A stretch of 64,000 nucleotides of DNA. Origin: Chiloscyllium plagiosum. Taxonomy: Eukaryota. The notes beneath the pieces were generated by a model, which had not been told where the DNA came from, did not search any database, and was given only the letters and a program-made list of their open reading frames with translations. The stretch is from positions 48,478,447 to 48,542,446 of the forward strand of contig NC_057726.1 of the NCBI RefSeq assembly GCF_004010195.1, read 5' to 3'. Of the stretch, positions 12,281 through 24,835 are shown one piece after another. The position numbers were made by a program, and so were the translations under genes. Each line of letters starts with the position of its first letter. The stretch's first letter is position 1.

Positions 12281-15200
12281 AGTAAATTCATACCAATACT
12301 ATAAGGATTTAAATTTTAAACTACAGTGGATGATACTGGCTCTAGATTTATGTATGGCAGCTTTAAGTCTACAGAGAATTTTTGTTGCTACATTTTGCAA
12401 CTGCTGGCACTGCTAGTCCCCACTCCCAGCCACCCTGAGCTACTCCTTATGTACACTAGTCTGTTAACTGAAACATTTAACATTTTACATTCCTATGTGT
12501 GTTCATACAGAATAGGCCTTGTTGGGGCCTGGTCAATAGTTTGATTCCTTCTACAGCTGTGGTCACCAGATAAAATAGGTTTCCATGGTCCTGTAAAGAA
12601 AGAACACTGTATGTCACTGTTTAGTCCTTATTAATTCTTTGTATTTCCCTACTGAGTCCAGTGTTTCCACTAGCTTTTTCCTTCTGCGTCCATAAACGCA
12701 AGAGTCACTGACAACCAGGACCTTATAACGTCTGTGTCAGCAAAGTGCAAAGTCTGATTTTCAAGTTGAACATAACCATTCCTTGATCCCCTTCCAACCA
12801 AATTATAATGTCATCAGTTCAAAAACAGAAATATCTTGCTTATAAAATTAAATCCAGCTTTTTTTTTTGCAGAGATAGAAGCAATAGCATGTGTCCTTAG
12901 GAAGGAAAATAGAAAGAAATCAATTATGCCAAACTGAACAAGAAAATAATCACCAAGAAGATAATCACAAAAATGACTTAGACACTGGCCTGCAAACACA
13001 TGCTGCTGGAAGAACTGCTTGCCCAGTCTGGCTTTATCCCCTCTTTAGTACAGAACAAAGAAACAACTTCTACACAGTGTCACAGTTTGAACAGCAGCCT
13101 TTCACAGTCAATCTTTGGTGAATATTCTGCACTAATTGAAATGTTTCCTTTTCTGAGTCCCACAGCCCATGATAGCCAGGTCTTCATTTCATCTCCAGTG
13201 CCTCAAGCCATTCTCTTTTTCTCTAGTTAGGCTGAATAAATCCCTGAGGTAGCAAGGCCAGAAACAACTTAATTTTCTACTGTCCTATCAAAACTGTGGA
13301 GTCCCCCCCATTTGATTCACCTGGAAGAGAATTATAGAGCTCTTGCCTTTGTGTTAGTTTCCCGAACTCTAAGACCAGCTTCTCCGCTTCCTTGGAAGTG
13401 AATGGGACTATACATTCCTTTTCTGACACTCCCAAACCCTATTGCTTGTCCTGGGTACAGAGCTCTTTTCACCCGGTCAATCACAGAGCACAAACGACCC
13501 CTTTCCTTTGCTGTAACTTACCTCCTCTACATGTCTGCATTATTCTGCCCCTCATTTATCCCTTTCCTTCTGTAATTGATGTTTTGTCTTGTCAGTTACA
13601 GCACACCCATCCTCCTTCCCCTAATTTCCTCAACTCTAACTGCAATCGGGTACACTCTCCTTCCTGCTGCTCACACCACATGTCTTTTCATATGAACAGC
13701 TTCATCCATTGTTCTGCCTCCTCAATGTTCTTCCAAAATATATGCAACCCAAATTCACACTCAAGAAATTGCTGCTCCCAAACATGTTGGAAAGCAATGC
13801 TTCCAAATAACTTCAAACCTCAATTTTATCATAGCTTCTTCTGGCTACTTCTTTCAATTTACATTGATTTAGTATTGTTCAGTGATGCTTCACATACATT
13901 CACAAGTACCATTCACTAAATTCTAAACACACAGAAACTAAACACACACACACACGCACACATGTATTTTCCTTCTTTAATCTTCAACTATTATGGTACT
14001 TTAAATGAAATTTCTTGGCAACTGTGCAAGTTTGTTTTGCCACTGATTCTATTATTTGTCCAGCATTGTTGCTGCATTTGTTTTCTCAGTTCCAAGCATC
14101 TATTAATTATAACTGTTTCCTTACCTTTCTTGTCCCTCTGCTGAGACCCCACCAAATCTTTTGCTTCTCCAGTGGGTCCTTGAGATTTGAAAAGTTTTTC
14201 TTTATCTCCTTATCAATTTCTCTTTTGTCAACTAGGCATTTAGTTATTTACCACTTGGGTTGCAAATATCATCTTTGGATATGTGTCAATATTTCCACTC
14301 ATCACTATTTCAAATTTCAGATTTCTGTTGTTTTGTCCATCCTTCATTCTGGCCCCTGCCCGACAGTGACCTCAATGCTTCAGATATACCCTCCCTGGTG
14401 ATTCTGGCCCAGCTGTCGTGCCATAGGTCTGATCCACCCTGGGATTCACAGTTCTGCATGTCACCATTTGAAGCTCCTCTAAATGCGCTTTGATCGCTTG
14501 GCACTTGAGTTTCCTGGCACGAGTTCTTTGATACCCACTGAAATAATCAGTTCTGCAAGTGTGAGGTAGACAGGTGATAAATAAAAATACTCAGCTATTG
14601 ATCAATCTCATCATTGCTACAGTGCCAATGTGGCATATCTCATCGTCACATGTAGAGGAAGAGGGCTGGTCCTGAAATTCAGTGACACTTCAAGAATCTG
14701 AAGTCCTATTCAAAATGAATGATCTTTATTCGATGCGAACATGCAAGTAGAATTCTTGCTCTCACAAATGATCATAGGGGTTCTATAGTACATTGGTTGA
14801 AGAGTTAATTTATACAGTTACAGAGATTTGGTTGACATGCTTTTCTCTAATTGCATCATCTTCCCAAGTTAATCTCTTCCACTACCTCTTGATTAGTCAT
14901 GTGATTCTTTGTGTTTTATAGCCAAGTTTTCAATCACCTAAGTTTGTAACAGGTATCTCATGATCCGCAATGTCTGTCAGCCTTCACTTGACTGAACTGT
15001 GTGTTGGGAAAACTTTGTGAATTATATTGTAAAACAGTGTCATCACCAACTTTAAATCCTACAACTTATCTCCAATATCACTGAAGATTCACTCAAACAT
15101 ACATGCTAATCTGTATTCTGAAATATTTCACCGTCGCTATCTCATTCCTGAATTTGTGCTAATTTTGAGAGATGCAGTGTTCAGTGGATCTATGTTCTAC

Positions 15201-16526
15201 ACAAACCACAATTATTTGTTCCAACCAAACGTTTGTAACTTCAGTAGAATGCAGATTGTGGTCAATGTATCAATTGTTTCCATTTCTGACAAACACAACA
15301 TACATACGGAATCAATATTTTCTGCTATTTACAACCATTTATTTCTTATTTCTCATTTTACAATTTACAAAATTTAGCAGCTCAAATATTTAGTCTGTTG
15401 TAAAATACAACTAAATAAAGTAAAAGTGCATATTCAATTTCCTTTCAAAAGTGACTATTGAATCTGCTGTTAAAATCCTTTCAGGCAGTGAATTGAAGTA
15501 TGTTTGATTTGCAATATAATACTCTATTTTTCATTTGTTATTCATTGCTAAGCTGCATAATAATTTAATTACTGTTATATAAAATAAATTATGGCAAGAG
15601 GCAAGTACAAAATTAATTTGCTCTGAGGCTACTGTTAAATTTACCATATTCATGCCCCTACTCCTTTGTTCACAAATTGTAAGCTTGCATAATATTTTAA
15701 GTAAGTGGTCTCCGAAGGTAACCAACCACTCCTCACAGCTCAGAAAACCATTTAGTCTGTTTTTGCTTTAGGTTCATTCCCAATATGATATTTTGTCTGT
15801 TAAAGCATTCACAATTAAAATTATTCATCTCATGATCCTCCACTCCATTGATCCATATGCTAGGAGTTTTGCAGTACAGTACATTTCGAGAGAAAGCATC
15901 ATTGTTTCAACATGCTTTAACGAGTACAAGAAACTGTAATTATGTGTTTCCAATGGTTTTCCTGCAAGGTTTGTAATGAGAAGCAAAGTCAGGTGGGAAT
16001 TATGGGTAAGTTAACTGAAAGCCAACAACAATTTAATTTGGCAGCCACGCTGGCAATTTTGTATTGGCTGCAGTCTCTAATGTGCGCCAATTTTAGGAGA
16101 TACTGTTACTCCTGAAGATGAGAATTCAAAATAAGTCAGCCAGTCAGCTCAATGAAAGCTAAATGATTTGTGGCTTTAATACTGTTAGTATTTATTTGGA
16201 AATGTGCATCGATGAACGGAGATGCTTCAAGAAATGCATGAAACAGATTACTTCTGTGTTGGCATGAAATCCTGCAATGCTAAGGGTCAGACAAATACTG
16301 AAATATATGGAGACCTGCTGCATTCTGCAACCTGAAAGGAAGGGATACATTTACAAATTGAGAATGATCATACTCAAAAAGAGCATACATTCTATACATT
16401 CGAATAGCATTTGTTGACAATTAGAGAAAATTAATACAAGGGGCTCTTTGTATATAAGTGTTGTTGGCATTCTTCAATCCTTCAGTAACTTATACTATAG
16501 CTAGGCACATATATTTGTTTTGTTTT

Positions 16527-16824
16527 TAATTCCCTATAGTGTGGAAACAGGCCCTTCGGCCCAACAAGTCCACACCGACCCTCCGAAGAATAACCAACCA
16601 ATACCCATTCCCCTCTCCCTACTAATGCACCTATCACTATGGGCAATTCACCTGGCCTGCACATCTTTGTGACTGTGGGAAAAAAACAGAGCACCTAGAG
16701 GATGCTCACGCAGATACAGGGAGAATGTTCAAACTCCAAGCAGACAATCGCCCGCGGCTAGAATTGAACCTGGGTCCCTGGCGCTGCGGGGCAGCAGTGC
16801 TAACCACTGAGCCACCATGCCACC
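16527..16824 (-). mobile_element. HE1-type SINE
   Basis: Same head, body and tail as the other copies. Confidence 0.88.
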
Positions 16825-16920
16825 TGAGGCTTTTGAAAATAACATTTCTGAACACTAAGGAGACTGGCTACAGCAGCAAAAATGTTGCATTTGCTCAGAA
16901 AAAGAATTGCTTTCTGGAGT

Positions 16921-17250
16921 AAAAACAGAAGTTGCTGGAAAGACTCAGCAGGTATGGCAGAATCTGTGGGGGAAAAAAAAGAATTGATTAATGCACTATT
17001 ATGTGAAGCATACTCTGCTTTCTTTCCACATAGGAGAAAGTGAGGACTGCAGATGCTGGGGATCAGAGCTTAAAAATGTGTTGCTGGAAAAGCGCAGCAG
17101 GTCAGGCAGCATCAAAGGAGAAGGAGAATCGATGTTTCGGGCATAAGCCCTTCTTCAGGAATCTTTCTTTCCACATATGCTGCCAGAACCATTGAGACTC
17201 TCCTGCAATTTCTGTTTTTGTTTCAGATCTTCAGCATCTGCAGTTCTTTC
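16921..17250. mobile_element. Older head-to-head palindromic element of the same PLE-repeat family (host of the 130-bp insertion)
   Basis: Left arm AAAAACAGAAGTTGCTGGAAAGACTCAGCAGGTATGGCAG is the imperfect reverse complement of right arm TGCTGCCAGAACCATTGAGACTCTCCTGCAATTTCTGTTTTT. Confidence 0.7.
17033..17162 (-). mobile_element. 130-bp hammerhead-bearing non-autonomous PLE-derived element with 15-bp TSD
   Basis: Exact flanking repeat CTTTCTTTCCACATA at 17018-17032 and 17163-17177. Minus strand begins ATTC-CTGAAGA-A-GGGC-TTAT-GCCC-GAAAC-ATC-GATT and ends CCAGCATCTGCAGTCCTCACTTTCTCC. Confidence 0.85.
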
Positions 17251-17424
17251 TGTTAGTTTTGCTTTTCGGGGTCATTCAGACCACTACACTTTCAGGGAGA
17301 GGTCACATGACCCATTCTGTGGGTGCCAAATATATGTTGATTTTGAACACTGACAGTGAGACAGAACTTGCCACAGAAGAAACATCTATTTTCCTCTCAT
17401 TAAACAAAAACTAAGCAGAGAACT

Positions 17425-17522
17425 GGTTCTGATGAAGAGTCACCGGACTCCAAACATTAACTCTGCTTTCTCCCTACAGATGCTGCCTGACTTGCTGAGT
17501 TCACCAGCAATTTCTGATTTTA
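17425..17522 (+). mobile_element. Hammerhead-bearing PLE-derived short element (core mutated)
   Basis: GGTT-CTGATGA-A-GAGTC-ACCG-GACTC-CAAAC-ATT-AACT, followed by the family body CAGATGCTGCCTGACTTGCTGAG. Confidence 0.75.
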
Positions 17523-18042
17523 TATCAAGTGTATATGAATTGGCCAAAAACACAAACCTTGAGTATTCTAGGGTTGTAAAATCATAGTTAATTACTATTG
17601 TGTGACCAAAGATTAGCTATTCCAGCTTCCCCAGGAAGATGTCTCGGAAAGTTTTTTTGTTTGGTGATTTTTGGGCCACACCTAAAAGTTTAGGTTCAAG
17701 ACAACTGGAAAGAGGCAAAATCACCGACGATTTCTGGCTTAGCTTTCTGCAAAGCTCTATTTATTGTAAATTAACACTTTATACAATTATATGTTGTACA
17801 GACAGGTCAATGGAATGGCGGTCAGAGATATTGAAAATCCGGGACCTCATTGTGAAACCAGCAATTATACAGGATTGTCAGGTCCAGAAAACACTCCTAT
17901 TATTACTGAATAGAAATGTGAAGGGAAAAATCAGCAAAGTTTTCCAATATAAGAAGATACCGAGAACAAGAATGAGCAGTCCAACCTACTTGAAGTCATT
18001 GATGAATCTTGAACTGAAGTTGTTCAGATAGTGGAACAATAC

Positions 18043-21000
18043 AGAGCAGTGAGGAGAGAAGGTGGAGTGAAAAGAGGGCTGTCGGGAACAGTAAGTTTTC
18101 CCACTTAAAAGGGATTTACCTCAGGAGTCAGGCCTCCATTTTTACAGAGTGGCAAGGAGAGAAGGTGGAGTGAAGCAGGGCTGCCGGGAAGGTAAGGGCT
18201 TAATTTGGGCAGTGGTTGAACCCGAGATACTACACTTGTAGTATCGCCCTCCCGCCCCCCTCCTCTAATCAGAAGAAAAAGACTCTGTAAGGTAAGGCTT
18301 TTATTTTTTCTTTATCTTTCTTTTTCATATATTTAAATGCATTATTTGGTTTTAGTTAGTTGATATAAAGCTAAACTGACAATGGCAGGGGACCTCAGAC
18401 CATGGCATGTGCCTCTTGCTTGATGTGGGAGCTTAGGAACGTGGCCGACGTTCCTGACTCTTACATGTGCAAGAAGTGTGTCCAGTTGCAGCTCTTGTTT
18501 GACCGCATGACTGCTCTGGAGCTGCGGATGGATTCCCTGTGGAGCATTCACGATGCTGAGGAGGTCGTGGATAGCACGTTTAGTGAACTGATCACACCAC
18601 AGGTTAGAATTGTTGAGGGAGACAGTGAATTGGGACCAAAAGGCAGAAAAAGAATAGGAAGGCAGTGCAGGTGTCCCCTGCCGTCATCTCCCTCCAAAAC
18701 ATGTATACCGTTTTGGAAATTGTTGGGGGTGATGACTTACCAGGAGAGGGCAGCAGTTGCCAAGATCATGGCACCGTGGCAGGCACTGCTGTTCAGAAGG
18801 GCGGGAAAAAGACTCGTAGAGCCATAGTCATAGGGGATTCCATTGTGAGGGGAGTAGATAGGCAGTGCTATGGCTGAAAACGGGACTCCCAGATGGTATG
18901 TTGCCTCCCAGGTGCTCGGGTCAGGGATGTCACCGATTAACTGCAGAGCATTCTAAAAGGGGAGGGTGAATAGCCAGTTGTCTTGGTGCATTTCGGCACC
19001 AACGATATAAGTTAAAAACGAGCTGAGATCCTGAAAGAAGAATTCAGGGAGCTAGGAGAGAAGTTAAAGAGGAGAACCTCAAAGGTAGTGATCTCGGGAT
19101 TACTACCAGTGCCATGTGCTAGCCAGGGTAGAAATGAAAAAATAGGCAGGATGAACACGTGGCTTGAGGGACAGCGAAGGAGGGAGGAGTTCAGATTTGT
19201 TGGACATTGGGACTGGTTCTAGGGAAGGTGTGACTATTACAAAATGGACGGTTTACATCTGAACCAGACTGGAATCTATGTCCTTGGGGGAGTTTTTGCT
19301 ACTACTGTTGGGGAGGTTTTAAACTAATGTGGCAGGAGGCTGGGAACCAGAAGAGAAAACAAGTAGGCAGTGAGCTGGAGACTGGATACTGTAAGAATCA
19401 TGAAGATAGCATTAATAAAGGGAAGAGCAGATAAATGCAAAAGAACTGGTGGCCTGAAATGCATCTACTTTCATGCAAGGAGTTTAGTGTGTAAGGCAGA
19501 TGAACTTAGGGCTTGGATTGGTGCCTGGGAGTATGATGTTATTGCAATCACAGAGACTTGGTTGAAGGAAGGGCATGATGATTGGCAACTAACTGTTCCA
19601 AGATATAGACGCTTCAGAGAGGACAGGGAGGGAAGTAAAAGGGGGGTGGAGTTGCATTGCTGGTCAGGGATGATATCATGGCTGTGTTAAAGGAGGACAC
19701 TATGGCGGTCTTGGGTAGTGAGGCATTATGGGTGGAGCTGAGAAATAAGAAGGGTACAACTACATTGTTGGGGCTGTATTACAGGCCTCCCAACAGTAAG
19801 CGTGAGAAGAACAAATAGGTAAACAGATTATGGAAAGATGTAGAGGCAATAGGTAGTGGTGATGGGAGATTTTAATTTTCTCAACATTGACTGGGATAAA
19901 CTTAGCGTCAGAGGTCTGGATGGGGTAGAATTTGTAAGAAGCATCCAGGAGAGATTTCTAGAGCAGTATGTCAATAGTCCGACAAGGGAAGGAGCCATAT
20001 TGGACTGGTACTGGGAAATGAGCCAGGACAGTGGTAGAAGTTGTGGTGGGGGATTTCTTTGGGAACAGTGACCACAATTCTGTAAGTTTTAGAATACTCG
20101 TAGACAAAGATGAGAGTGGTCCTAAAGGAAGAGTACTAAACTGGGCCAAGGCCAATTATATCAAAATTAGGCAGGAGCTCGGAAATGTGGATTGAACACA
20201 GCTATTTGAAGGCAAGTCCACATTTGATGTGTGGGAGGCTTTCAAAGATAGGTTAATGGTAGTGCAGGATAGGCATGTCCCATTGAAGGCAAAAGATAGG
20301 AAAGGCAAGATTTGTGAACCGTGGATGACAGGAGAAATTGTACAACTAGCCAAGAGGAAAAGGGAAGCATACATAAGGTCTAGGCAGCTGAGAACAGAAT
20401 GGGCCCTGGAGGAATATCGGAAGAGTAGGACAAGTCTTAAACGAGGAATCAAGCGGGCTAAAAGGGGTCATGAAATAGCTTTAGTGAGCAGAATTAAGAA
20501 GAATCCCAAAGCATTTTATTTTTATATAAGAAGCAAGCAGGTAACTAGAGAAAGGATTGGTCCACTAAAGGATAATAGAGGAAGGCTGTGTGTTGAACCT
20601 GAGAGAATGGGTGAGATTCTCAATGATTACTTTGCATCAGTGTTCACTGAGGAGAGGAACATGATGAATCTTGAGATTAGAAATAGAAGTTTGATTAGTC
20701 TGGATCACATTGACATAAGAAAGGAAGATGTGTTCCCAGGACCAGATGGGATCTATCCCAGGTTTTTGAGAGAGGCGAGAGAGAAAATAGCTGGGGCCCT
20801 GACAGATATCTTTGTGGCATCCTTAAATACAGGTGAGGTGTCAGAGGACTGGAAGGTTGCTCATGTTCTACCCCTGTACAAGAAGGGTAGTATGGATATT
20901 CTGGGTAACTACAGAAGTGAGCCTGACGTCAGTGGTGAGAAAGTTGCTGAAGAAAGTACTGAGGGATAGAATCTATTTATTTTTAGAAAATAATGGGCTT

Positions 21001-22544
21001 ATCAGTGTTAGGCAACATGGTTTTGTGCGGGGGAAATCGTGCCTTACCAACTTAATAGAGTTCTTTGAGGAAGTGACCAAGTTGATAGACGAAAGAAGGG
21101 CTGTTGATGTCATATACATGGACTTTAGTAAGGTGTTTGATAAGGTTCCCCATGGTAAACTAATGGAGAAAGTGAAGTCGCATGGCGTCAGGGTGTTCTA
21201 GCTAGGTGGATAAAGAACTGGTTGAGCAACAGGAGACAGAGAGTAGTGGTTGAAGGGAGTTTCTCAAAATGGCATGCTAAACTAATGGAGAAAGTGAAGT
21301 CGCATGGCGTGCAGGGTGTTCTAGCTAGGTGGAAAAGAACTGGTTGAGCAACAGGAGACAGAGAGTAGTGGCTGAAGGGAGTTTCTCAAAATGGAGAAAG
21401 ATGACCAGTGGTGTTCCACAGGGATCAGTGCTGGGGCCACTGTTGTTTATGATATACATAAATGACCTGGAAAAGGGCACTGTTGGTATGATCAGCAAGT
21501 TTGCAGATGATGCGAAGATTGGTAGAATGGCAGAACGCATAGGGACTGTCAAAGAATACAGGAGAATATAGGTAGACTGGAAAGTTGGGTGGAAAAGTGG
21601 CAGATGGATTTCAATCCAGACAAATGTGAGGTAATGCATTTAGGCAAGTCTAATTCTAGAGCAAATTATGCAATGAACAGAAGAGCCTTGGGAAAAGTTG
21701 ATGGGCAGACAGATCTGGGATTGTAGGTCCATTGTACCCTGAAGGTTGCTGCACAGGTGGATAGAGTGGTCAAGAAGGCATATAGTATGCTTGCCTTCAT
21801 TGGACAGGGTATTGAGTACAAGAGCTGGGAAGTCATGTTAAAATTGTACAAGACATTGGTTCGGCCACATTTAGAATACTGTGTACAGTTCTGGGCGCCA
21901 TATTACCAAAAGAATGTGGACGCTTTGGAGAGGGTGCAGATAAGGTTACGAGGATGTTGCCTGGTGCTAGCTATGAAGAAAGGTTGAGTAGGTTAGGTTT
22001 GTTTTCATTAGAAAAAAAGGAGATTGAGGGGGGACCTGATTGAGGTTTACAAAATCACGAAGGGTATAGACAGGGTGGATAGAGACAAGCTTTTTCCCAG
22101 AGTGAAGGATTCAATAACAAGAGGTCATGCTTTCAAGGTAAGAGGTGAAAGGTTTAAGGGGGATAGACGCAGCAAGTACTTCACACAGAGGGTGGTGGGC
22201 ATCTGGAATGCGTTGCCAGCAGAGGTGGTAGAGGCGGGCACAGTAGATTCATTTAAGATGCGTCTGGACAGATGCATGAGTAGGTGGGGAGCAGAGGAAT
22301 ACAGATGCTTAGGCAAAAGTGAGGACAGCAGATGCTGGAAATCAGAGTCTAGATTAGTGTGGTGCTGGAAAGCACAGCAGGTCAGGCAGCATCCAAGGAG
22401 CAGGAAAATCGACATTTTGGGTAAAAGCCCTTCATCAGGACTGAAGGCAGGGAATCTCAGTTTTAGACAGTAGACTTGGATCGGCTTAGGATTGGAGGGC
22501 CAAAGGGCCTGTTCCTGTGCTGTAAATTTTCTTTGTTCTTTGTT
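18043..22544 (+). mobile_element. Near full-length, inactivated CR1-clade LINE (HER1-like): 5' UTR, ORF1, ORF2, (TTCTTTG)n tail
   Basis: ORF1 remnants ~18382-19327: CxxC..CxxC finger (CASC..CKKC) and SGNH esterase motifs IVIGDSIV, HFGTND, DGLHLN. ORF2 remnants ~19450-22290: APE endonuclease (ITETW, MGDFN, SDH) and RT ([29 protein letters not shown]). Many stops and frameshifts. Probable TSD A(C/T)AATAC at 18036-18042 and 22545-22551. Confidence 0.93.
22311..22458 (-). mobile_element. Hammerhead-bearing PLE-derived short element inserted in the CR1 3' UTR
   Basis: Minus strand AGTC-CTGATGA-A-GGGC-TTTT-ACCC-AAAAT-GTC-GATT (CpG-decayed); same body as 17033-17162. Confidence 0.8.
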
Positions 22545-23277
22545 ATAATACGATGAACATTTGTTTTTAGCTGATTTTACAATGATGTCAAATGATGAGA
22601 TGACACAAATTGAAGATCAACGTTTCAATCCATTGTCTTCCAAAGAAGGATTGTCAGCACCAGTGACTGAGGTAATGGTAAGTAAGCAACAATCATCAGT
22701 AACGCAACTGAAATGTGATAATGTGGTAGTTTACCGGGAAACATTTAGGCAGGGAAAGTGAAGACAATCAAGCTACTCATGAAGCTGAAGTAAAGGACTA
22801 ATATTCTACAACATGGATGTATGAACAGATGGAGAATGAAAATTTGCTTGCACAAAATGAAGATGTGCTACATACAATTCCATGTAAGCCGGATCAATGT
22901 CTACAGATTCAGGACATGATTAATAAAAAAAAACTTGACTCAGTAGGATATGGCAAAAAAAAGTACTCATTTTAACAGAGCAATAATTTAGTGTGGACAA
23001 TGTCTACATCATCATATTGAAGTAAGTCTTAACTAACTTAAACTATTAATAGTTGTTTTTCACCCTTCTTTCTTTCAAGCACTACAATGAACTCAAGCAT
23101 ATCATGATCTGTTTCAAATATATATTCACACACTGCTGCGGAGTTACTTAAATCTATCTCATTACTCATGAATAACTCTATTGTGTCCTGATCCTTTTTT
23201 GGTTCTCAGATACACTGTTATAAAAAACTATACCAGACACACTCAGGAAATTCACTAACTCTCTGACATGTACTAAA

Positions 23278-24320
23278 TGAAAGAAGGGCTGTAGATGTCA
23301 TATACTTGGACTTCAGTAAGGCATTTGATAAGGTTTCCCATGGGAGGCTGATGGAGAAGGTAAAGTCGCATGGGGTCCAGGGTATACTAGCTAGATGGAT
23401 AGAGAACTGGCTGGGCATCAGGAGACAGAAAGTAGTATTGGAAGAGCGTTTCTCCAAATGGAGAACTGTGACCGGTGGTGTTCCACAGGGATTTGTGTTG
23501 GGACTACTGTTGATGGTGAGATACATAAATGATCTGGAGGAAGGTATAGGTGGTCTGACTAGCAAGTTTGCAGATGACACTAAGATTGGTGGAGTAGCAG
23601 ATAGTGAAAGGACTGTCAGAGAATGCAGCAGAATATAGATAGATTGGAGAGTTGGGTGGAGAAATGGTACATGGATTTCAATCCAGGCAATTGTGAGGTG
23701 ATGCATTTTGGAAGGATTTAAGAGCAAACTATATGGTAAATGGAAAAACCTGGGGAAAATTGATGTACAGAGAAATCTGAGTGTTCAGGTCCATTGTACC
23801 CTGAAGGTGGCAATGCAGGTCGATAGAGTGGTCAAGAAGGCATGCTTTCTTTCATTGGACTTAACTATATAGGTCCTGCCCTTATTCATTTTTCTGAAAT
23901 TCACTGCTTTGCATTTATCCAAATTAAACTCCATCTGCCACTTGTTAGCCCTTTGGCTCAGTTCATCAAGATCTATTTGTAATCTTAGATCACCTTCTTC
24001 ACTGTCCACTATATCACCAATTTTGATGTCATCCACAAACTTATTAAATCCAAATCATTTATAAAAATGACAAAAAACGATGAACTCAGCACAAATTTCT
24101 ACAGTGTATCGCTGGTCACAGGCTTCCAGTCTAAAAAGCAACCTTTCACCACCGCCCTCGGTCTCCTACTGTCAAGCCAATTTTGTATCCAATTGGCAAG
24201 CTCTCCTTGAATCCTGTGTGATCTAACTTGACTAATCAGGCTACCATACAGAACCTTGTCAAAGGCTTTACTAAAGTCCATGTAGACAACGCCTCTTCAT
24301 TCATGTTGGTCACATCTTCA
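23278..24320. mobile_element. Two abutting CR1 RT fragments (+ 23278-23843; - 23850-24320)
   Basis: DFSKAFDKV / GVPQG / KFADD in ORF 23306..23638(+); DFSKAFDKV in ORF 24099..24281(-). Confidence 0.85.
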
Positions 24321-24709
24321 ATGAGTTTCTTTTTTCATCCTTTTTTTGTGGTCATCATTAGCAGTGCAAACATTTATTGCCCATCCCTACTTTCTGTTGA
24401 ATTGAGTTGCTTGGTAGTCCTTTCCCAAGGGCAGTTAAATATCAATCATATTACTGCGTGTCTGGATTCACATGAAGGCCAGACCAGGTAATGATGGCAG
24501 ATCTCCCCTGAAAGAATGTGGACCCATCCATTAGGAATTGGCAGCTGGAAAGCTCAATGATAATAAGCTCGAGACTCTAATATTTGATGCATGCTGGGCA
24601 TAGTTTCACATGCATTTTTGAGTGTGTTTGAATTTCTAGACCAACATGTTTAGCTACCTGAGTTATATCTATTTTGATCTATTACACCTAACTCCAATAT
24701 TCCTCCAAT

Positions 24710-24835
24710 AATTGCAACATTTAAGAGGCATGCTGGCAGGTGGGACTAGATTGGGTTGGGATATCTGGTCAGCATGGATAGGTTGGACTGAAGGGTCTGT
24801 TTCCATGCTGTACGTTTCTATGACTCTATGACTCT
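24710..24835 (+). mobile_element. CR1 3' tail fragment
   Basis: Matches the 3' UTR at 100-272; ends TATGACTCTATGACTCTA. Confidence 0.85.

Larger units (their letters stand above)
17803..23021 (+). pseudogene. Putative decayed exon encoding an acidic low-complexity protein segment, split by the CR1 insertion
   Basis: Frame from 17803 (..EDTENKNEQSNLLEVIDES*TEVVQIVEQY, to 18042) continues in frame at 22552 (DEHLFLADFTMMSNDEMTQIEDQ..). AG acceptor candidates ~17801/17805; GTAAGT donor at 23022. Several stops and at least one frameshift. Confidence 0.45.

Noticed and set aside
12500..14560. Possible ERV gag/pol remnant on the minus strand (FTGPWK-like word; ORF 13392..13919 on +)
   Set aside because: No convincing RT, integrase or PBS motif could be read; too decayed to support.
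20229..20969. 246-aa ORF as a host gene
   Set aside because: Fragment of the disrupted CR1 ORF2.
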